Shown here in pieces: positions 27,405-32,940 of a DNA stretch of 32,940 nt (its first letter is position 1; every line of letters begins with the position of its first letter). Source of the DNA: a virus (taxonomy: Duplodnaviria; Heunggongvirae; Uroviricota; Caudoviricetes); IMG/VR virus record IMGVR_UViG_2778261313_000015. One strand, given 5' to 3'. The notes under the pieces were generated by a model. That model was not told where the DNA came from and ran no database searches. It saw only the letters and a list, made by a program, of their open reading frames with translations. Both the position numbers and the translations under genes were made by a program.

Positions 27405-29844
27405 CAATGTAAAATTACAGGTATTGCTCAGGGCTGTTGACCAGGCATCCCGCCCGTTTAAATCCATCCGTACAGCGAGCGAGTCGCTGTCGGGGGATAT
27501 CCGGGAAACACAAAAATCACTGCGCGAGCTGAACGGTCAGGCGTCCCGTATTGAGGGATTTCGCAAGACCAGTGCGCAGCTCGCCGTGACTGGTCATGCA
27601 CTTGAAAAGGCTCGGCAGGAAGCCGAAGCACTTGCCACACAGTTTAAAAACACCGAACGTCCGACCCGTGCTCAGGCGAAAGTGCTGGAATCCGCAAAGC
27701 GTGCGGCGGAGGACTTACAGGCGAAATATAACCGCCTGACGGATTCCGTTAAGCGCCAGCAGCGGGAACTGGCCGCTGTGGGAATTAATACCCGCAATCT
27801 TGCACATGATGAGCAGGGGCTGAAAAACCGTATCAGTGAAACCACCGCACAGCTTAACCGTCAGCGCGACGCACTGGCGCGTGTCAGTGCACAACAGGCA
27901 AAACTTAACGCAGTAAAACAGCGTTATCAGGCCGGAAAGGAACTGGCAGGAAATATGGCCTCAGTGGGCGCTGCCGGTGTGGGGATTGCTGCTGCGGGAA
28001 CGATGGCCGGTGTTAAGCTGCTGATGCCCGGTTATGAGTTTGCGCAGAAAAACTCAGAATTGCAGGCTGTGCTCGGTGTGGCAAAAGACTCCGCCGAAAT
28101 GGCCGCATTACGCAAACAGGCGCGCCAGCTCGGCGACAATACCGCCGCCTCGGCAGATGATGCAGCCGGTGCGCAGATTATTATTGCGAAAGCCGGTGGG
28201 GATGTTGATGCCATTCAGGCGGCAACGCCGGTCACGCTGAACATGGCGCTGGCGAACCGCCGCACGATGGAAGAAAACGCCGCCCTGCTGATGGGGATGA
28301 AATCCGCCTTTCAGCTTTCAAACGATAAGGTCGCTCATATCGGGGATGTTCTCTCCATGACGATGAACAAAACCGCCGCCGATTTTGACGGCATGAGCGA
28401 TGCGCTGACCTATGCCGCACCTGTGGCAAAAAATGCCGGTGTCAGCATTGAAGAAACCGCCGCAATGGTCGGGGCGCTGCATGATGCAAAAATTACAGGC
28501 TCAATGGCGGGGACGGGAAGCCGTGCCGTGTTAAGTCGCCTGCAGGCACCGACGGGAAAAGCATGGGATGCACTCAAAGAGCTTGGCGTGAAAACCTCAG
28601 ACAGCAAGGGAAACACCCGGCCAATATTTACCATTCTGAAAGAAATGCAGGCCAGTTTTGAGAAAAACCGGCTCGGTACTGCCCAGCAGGCTGAATACAT
28701 GAAAACTATTTTCGGGGAGGAGGCCAGCTCAGCCGCCGCCGTGCTGATGACTGCCGCCTCAACCGGAAAGCTGGACAAACTGACCGCTGCGTTTAAAGCC
28801 TCAGACGGGAAGACTGCCGAGCTGGTAAATATCATGCAGGACAACCTCGGCGGTGACTTTAAGGAGTTTCAGTCCGCTTATGAGGCGGTGGGGACAGACC
28901 TGTTTGACCAGCAGGAAGGCGCACTGCGTAAGCTCACACAGACGGCCACAAAGTATGTGTTAAAACTCGACGGCTGGATCCAGAAAAACAAATCACTGGC
29001 GTCAACCATTGGCATCATTGCCGGTGGCGCGCTGGCGCTTACTGGCATCATCGGTGCAATTGGTCTTGTAGCCTGGCCGGTTATCACTGGCATCAATGCC
29101 ATCATCGCGGCAGCAGGCGCAATGGGGGCAGTCTTCACGACGGTTGGCAGTGCTGTTATGACGGCCATCGGGGCGATTAGCTGGCCGGTTGTGGCCGTGG
29201 TGGCCGCCATTGTCGCCGGGGCGTTGCTTATCCGTAAATACTGGGAGCCTGTCAGCGCATTCTTTGGCGGTGTGGTGGAAGGGCTGAAAGCGGCATTTGC
29301 GCCGGTGGGGGAACTGTTCACGCCACTTAAGCCGGTGTTTGACTGGCTGGGCGAAAAGTTACAGGCCGCGTGGCAGTGGTTTAAAAACCTGATTGCCCCG
29401 GTCAAAGCCACCCAGGACACCCTGAACCGTTGCCGTGACACGGGCGTCATGTTCGGGCAGGCACTGGCTGACGCGCTGATGCTGCCGCTTAATGCGTTCA
29501 ACAAACTGCGCGGCGGTATTGACTGGGTACTGGAAAAACTCGGCGTCATCAACAAAGAGTCAGGCACGCTTGACCAGACTGCCGCCAGAACTCATGCCGC
29601 CACGTATGGCACCGGTGGTTATATTCCGGCGACCAGCTCTTATGCTGGCTATCAGGCTTATCAGCCAGTTACGGCACCGGCTGGCCGCTCTTATGTGGAC
29701 CAGAGTAAAAACGAATATCACATCAACCTGACGGGCGGTACTGCGCAGGGGACACAGCTCGACCGCCAGTTACAGGATGCGCTCGAAAAATACGAGCGGG
29801 ATAAACGTGCGCGCACCCGTGCCAGCATGATGCATGACGGTTAA
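27397..29844 (+). CDS. T: tail tape measure protein
   Basis: 815 aa, same length as P2 T; Ala/Gly-rich hydrophobic central segment. Confidence 0.9.
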   Translation: MSNNVKLQVLLRAVDQASRPFKSIRTASESLSGDIRETQKSLRELNGQASRIEGFRKTSAQLAVTGHALEKARQEAEALATQFKNTERPTRAQAKVLESAKRAAEDLQAKYNRLTDSVKRQQRELAAVGINTRNLAHDEQGLKNRISETTAQLNRQRDALARVSAQQAKLNAVKQRYQAGKELAGNMASVGAAGVGIAAAGTMAGVKLLMPGYEFAQKNSELQAVLGVAKDSAEMAALRKQARQLGDNTAASADDAAGAQIIIAKAGGDVDAIQAATPVTLNMALANRRTMEENAALLMGMKSAFQLSNDKVAHIGDVLSMTMNKTAADFDGMSDALTYAAPVAKNAGVSIEETAAMVGALHDAKITGSMAGTGSRAVLSRLQAPTGKAWDALKELGVKTSDSKGNTRPIFTILKEMQASFEKNRLGTAQQAEYMKTIFGEEASSAAAVLMTAASTGKLDKLTAAFKASDGKTAELVNIMQDNLGGDFKEFQSAYEAVGTDLFDQQEGALRKLTQTATKYVLKLDGWIQKNKSLASTIGIIAGGALALTGIIGAIGLVAWPVITGINAIIAAAGAMGAVFTTVGSAVMTAIGAISWPVVAVVAAIVAGALLIRKYWEPVSAFFGGVVEGLKAAFAPVGELFTPLKPVFDWLGEKLQAAWQWFKNLIAPVKATQDTLNRCRDTGVMFGQALADALMLPLNAFNKLRGGIDWVLEKLGVINKESGTLDQTAARTHAATYGTGGYIPATSSYAGYQAYQPVTAPAGRSYVDQSKNEYHINLTGGTAQGTQLDRQLQDALEKYERDKRARTRASMMHDG

Positions 29845-29858
29845 GGAGGTGACGAAAA

Positions 29859-30338
29859 ATGATGCTCGCGTTAGGTATGTTTGTTTTTATGCGCCAGACG
29901 CTGCCACACCAGACCATGCAGCGTGAATCAGATTATCGCTGGCCGTCAAATTCCTGTATCGGTAAACGGGATGCCTTTCAGTTTCTCGGTGTGGGTGAGG
30001 AAAACATTACGCTTGCAGGCGTGCTTTATCCCGAACTGACCGGCGGGAAGCTGACGATGACCACGCTCAGGCTGATGGCAGAGGAAGGCCGGGCGTGGCC
30101 GTTGCTGGATGGCACCGGCATGATTTACGGCATGTATGTCATCAGCAGGGTGAGTGAAACAGGGAGTATTTTCTTTGCAGACGGCACACCCAGAAAAATT
30201 GATTTTACGCTGTCGCTCACCCGCGTTGATGAATCACTGGCCGCGCTTTATGGCGATATCGGTAAACAGGCGGAATCGCTCATCGGTAAGGCTGGCAGTA
30301 TGGCGACCAGATTCACGGGTATGATGGGGGCGGGATAA
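29859..30338 (+). CDS. U: tail protein U
   Basis: 159 aa, same length as P2 U. Confidence 0.85.
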   Translation: MMLALGMFVFMRQTLPHQTMQRESDYRWPSNSCIGKRDAFQFLGVGEENITLAGVLYPELTGGKLTMTTLRLMAEEGRAWPLLDGTGMIYGMYVISRVSETGSIFFADGTPRKIDFTLSLTRVDESLAALYGDIGKQAESLIGKAGSMATRFTGMMGAG

Positions 30339-31501
30339 TGCTGGATGCGCTGACATTTGATGCAGGCAGTACGCTGACGCCGGATTACATGCTGATGCTC
30401 GACAGCAGGGATATTACCGGCAATATCAGCGACCGTCTGATGAGCATGACCCTGACAGATAACCGGGGCTTTGAGGCTGACCAGCTTGATATTGAACTGA
30501 ACGATGCCGACGGGCAGGTCGGGCTGCCGGTTCGTGGCGCTGTCCTGACGGTGTATATCGGCTGGAAAGGTTTTGCCCTGGTATGCAAAGGGAAATTTAC
30601 CGTTGATGAGGTTGAACACCGGGGCGCACCGGATGTGGTCACCATCCGCGCCCGGAGTGCAGATTTTCGCGGGACGCTCAATTCCCGCCGGGAAGGCTCC
30701 TGGCATGACACCACGCTCGGTGCGATTGTTGAGGCGATAGCCACCCGTAACAGGCTGGAAGCCAGTGTCGCTCCGTCACTGGCCGGAATTAAAATCCCGC
30801 ACATCGACCAGTCGCAGGAGTCCGATGTGAAATTCCTGACCCGTCTTGCTGAACGCAACGGCGGCGAGGTGTCGGTAAAAATGGGAAAACTGTTGTTTCT
30901 CAAAGCGGGGCAGGGGGTGACGGCCAGCGGTAAAAAAATCCCGCAGGTCACCATAACCCGCAGCGACGGCGACCGCCATCATTTTGCGATTGCTGACCGT
31001 GGAGCCTATACCGGCGTAACGGCAAAGTGGTTACACACCAAAGACCCGAAACCACAAAAGCAGAAGGTAAAACTGAAACGCAAAAAGAAAGAAAAACACC
31101 TGCGCGCACTGGAGCACCCGAAAGCAAAACCGGTCACGCAGAAGAAAGCGCCAAAAGTACCGGAAGCGCGCGAAGGTGAATACATGGCCGGTGAGGCTGA
31201 CAACGTTTTTGCCCTGACTACGGTATATGCCACGAAAGCGCAGGCCATGCGCGCCGCTCAGGCGAAGTGGGATAAACTGCAACGGGGTGTGGCGGAGTTC
31301 TCCATCAGTCTGGCTACCGGTCGGGCAGATATTTACACGGAAACGCCGGTCAGAGTGTCAGGCTTTAAGCGCGTCATAGACGAGCAGGACTGGACAATCA
31401 CTAAGGTGACACATTTTCTGAATAATAGCGGCTTCACGACGTCCCTGGAGCTTGAGGTAAGGCTTTCTGATGTGGAGTACGAAACAGAAGATGATGAGTG
31501 A
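30338..31501 (+). CDS. D: tail protein D (late control gene D)
   Basis: 387 aa, same length as P2 D. Confidence 0.85.
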   Translation: MLDALTFDAGSTLTPDYMLMLDSRDITGNISDRLMSMTLTDNRGFEADQLDIELNDADGQVGLPVRGAVLTVYIGWKGFALVCKGKFTVDEVEHRGAPDVVTIRARSADFRGTLNSRREGSWHDTTLGAIVEAIATRNRLEASVAPSLAGIKIPHIDQSQESDVKFLTRLAERNGGEVSVKMGKLLFLKAGQGVTASGKKIPQVTITRSDGDRHHFAIADRGAYTGVTAKWLHTKDPKPQKQKVKLKRKKKEKHLRALEHPKAKPVTQKKAPKVPEAREGEYMAGEADNVFALTTVYATKAQAMRAAQAKWDKLQRGVAEFSISLATGRADIYTETPVRVSGFKRVIDEQDWTITKVTHFLNNSGFTTSLELEVRLSDVEYETEDDE

Positions 31502-31582
31502 TGTTTTTATTTTATCTGTTTGTTTTATAAGGATAAATTAACTAAAATGGCACCATCAACAAAACCGGAAAAGGTGCTCGCG

Positions 31583-31801
31583 ATGTTTCATTGTCCTTTA
31601 TGCCAGCATGCCGCACATGCGCGTACAAGTCGCTATATCACTGACACGACAAAAGAGCGTTATCACCAGTGCCAGAACGTGAATTGCAGCGCCACGTTCA
31701 TCACTTATGAGTCGGTACAGCGATACATCGTGAAGCCGGGAGAAGTCCACGCCGTAAGGCCGCACCCGTTGCCGTCAGGGCAGCAAATTATGTGGATGTG
31801 A
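31583..31801 (+). CDS. ogr: late transcription activator Ogr (zinc-finger)
   Basis: 72 aa from MFHCPLCQHAAHARTSRYI...; four Cys (CxxC...CxxxxC); same length as P2 Ogr. Confidence 0.9.
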   Translation: MFHCPLCQHAAHARTSRYITDTTKERYHQCQNVNCSATFITYESVQRYIVKPGEVHAVRPHPLPSGQQIMWM

Positions 31802-31811
31802 TCACAAAAAT

Positions 31812-31838
31812 AGCCCCTCAGTTGAGGGGCTTTATTTA
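31812..31838 (+). terminator. rho-independent terminator after ogr
   Basis: AGCCCCTC-agtt-GAGGGGCT stem-loop followed by TTTATTT. Confidence 0.7.
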
Positions 31839-31929
31839 TGGTCGATGTGGACGCTATGTGGACAGCGGTTGACATAAATCCATTTATATCATCAGGTTAG
31901 GTGCTTTTTTGTGACACCATCCCTGTCTT

Positions 31930-31957
31930 CCCCCACATGATGTGGGGGTTTTTTTTA
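31930..31957 (+). terminator. rho-independent terminator (host or junction-associated) upstream of fieF
   Basis: CCCCCACAT-ga-TGTGGGGG stem followed by T8. Confidence 0.7.
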
Positions 31958-32037
31958 TCCTCAATTTGCCTGCTGCTTAATGCATTGCAGATGATTTGCT
32001 TCCGTTATACTAGCGTCAGTTGATAGCGGGAGTATTT

Positions 32038-32940
32038 ATGAATCAATCTTATGGACGGCTGGTCAGTCGGGCGGCGATTGCTGCGACGGCGATGGCTTCG
32101 TTGCTATTGCTGATTAAAATTTTTGCATGGTGGTATACCGGGTCGGTGAGTATTCTCGCCGCGCTGGTGGATTCGCTGGTGGATATCGGCGCGTCGTTGA
32201 CGAATTTACTGGTGGTGCGATATTCCCTGCAACCTGCCGACGATAATCACTCGTTTGGTCACGGTAAAGCAGAGTCCCTCGCGGCGCTGGCGCAAAGTAT
32301 GTTTATCTCCGGTTCGGCACTATTCCTGTTTTTGACGGGTATTCAACATCTGATATCTCCAACACCGATGACAGATCCAGGCGTCGGGGTTATCGTGACA
32401 ATTGTGGCGCTAATTTGTACGATTATCCTTGTCTCGTTTCAGCGTTGGGTGGTGCGGCGGACGCAAAGCCAGGCGGTGCGGGCTGATATGCTACATTACC
32501 AGTCTGATGTTATGATGAACGGCGCAATTCTGCTGGCGCTGGGGTTGTCCTGGTACGGCTGGCATCGCGCCGATGCTCTGTTTGCATTGGGAATCGGCAT
32601 CTATATTTTATATAGCGCGTTACGCATGGGATATGAGGCGGTACAGTCATTACTGGATCGCGCATTGCCTGATGAGGAACGGCAAGAAATTATTGATATC
32701 GTGACTTCCTGGCCGGGTGTTAGCGGCGCTCACGATCTTCGCACGCGGCAGTCAGGGCCGACCCGCTTTATTCAGATTCATTTGGAAATGGAAGACTCTC
32801 TGCCTTTGGTTCAGGCACATATGGTGGCGGATCAGGTAGAGCAGGCTATTTTACGGCGTTTTCCGGGATCGGATGTAATTATCCATCAGGACCCCTGTTC
32901 CGTCGTACCCAGGGAGGGTAAACGGTCTATGCTTTCATAA
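32038..32940 (+). CDS. fieF: cation-diffusion-facilitator ferrous-iron/zinc efflux pump FieF (YiiP), host gene
   Basis: 300 aa starting [47 protein letters not shown]...; matches E. coli FieF as recalled. Confidence 0.9.

Larger units (their letters stand above)
1..31960. mobile_element. P2-like prophage, near-complete (int through ogr); left junction attL lies at or beyond the window start, right junction within about 31800-32037
   Basis: Canonical P2 gene order and protein lengths (Q 344, P 590, N 357, FI 396, T 815, D 387, ogr 72 aa and others); host fieF immediately to the right. Confidence 0.9.

Noticed and set aside
28878-29567. 229-aa minus-strand ORF, Ala/Pro/Ser-rich
   Set aside because: Antisense to the tape measure gene T; the composition is an artefact of the GC-rich Ala/Gly-coding region.
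30385-30954. 189-aa minus-strand ORF
   Set aside because: Antisense within tail gene D; no start context.

Overview
The window is an essentially complete P2-like (Peduovirus-type) temperate prophage, running from the integrase at the left edge to ogr on the right, followed by the host gene fieF. Gene order is the canonical P2 order: int–C | cox–B–orf80-83–A | cargo | cos | Q–P (minus) | O–N–M–L–X–Y–K–lysA–lysB/lysC–R–S–V–W–J–I–H–G | cargo | FI–FII–E/E'–T–U–D–ogr. The backbone is assigned by gene order, protein lengths and recalled sequence similarity to P2, with no database search run. Two cargo loci stand out. The first (about 6386-9710), where P2 carries tin/old, is an AT-rich island with a two-gene operon (a ParB/Srx-like protein plus a 318-aa protein with no recognisable family) convergent with a C5 cytosine methyltransferase; this is my best candidate for an undescribed anti-phage or modification system. 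The second (about 22650-25140), where P2 carries Z/fun, is an invertible tail-fibre host-range segment with a Hin/Gin/Cin-family serine invertase. Other points: the P2/186 19-nt cohesive end at 9915-9933, a -1 frameshift E/E' site, lysC nested in lysB, an antisense small ORF in the early operon, and candidate Int arm-site repeats and terminators at the right junction.
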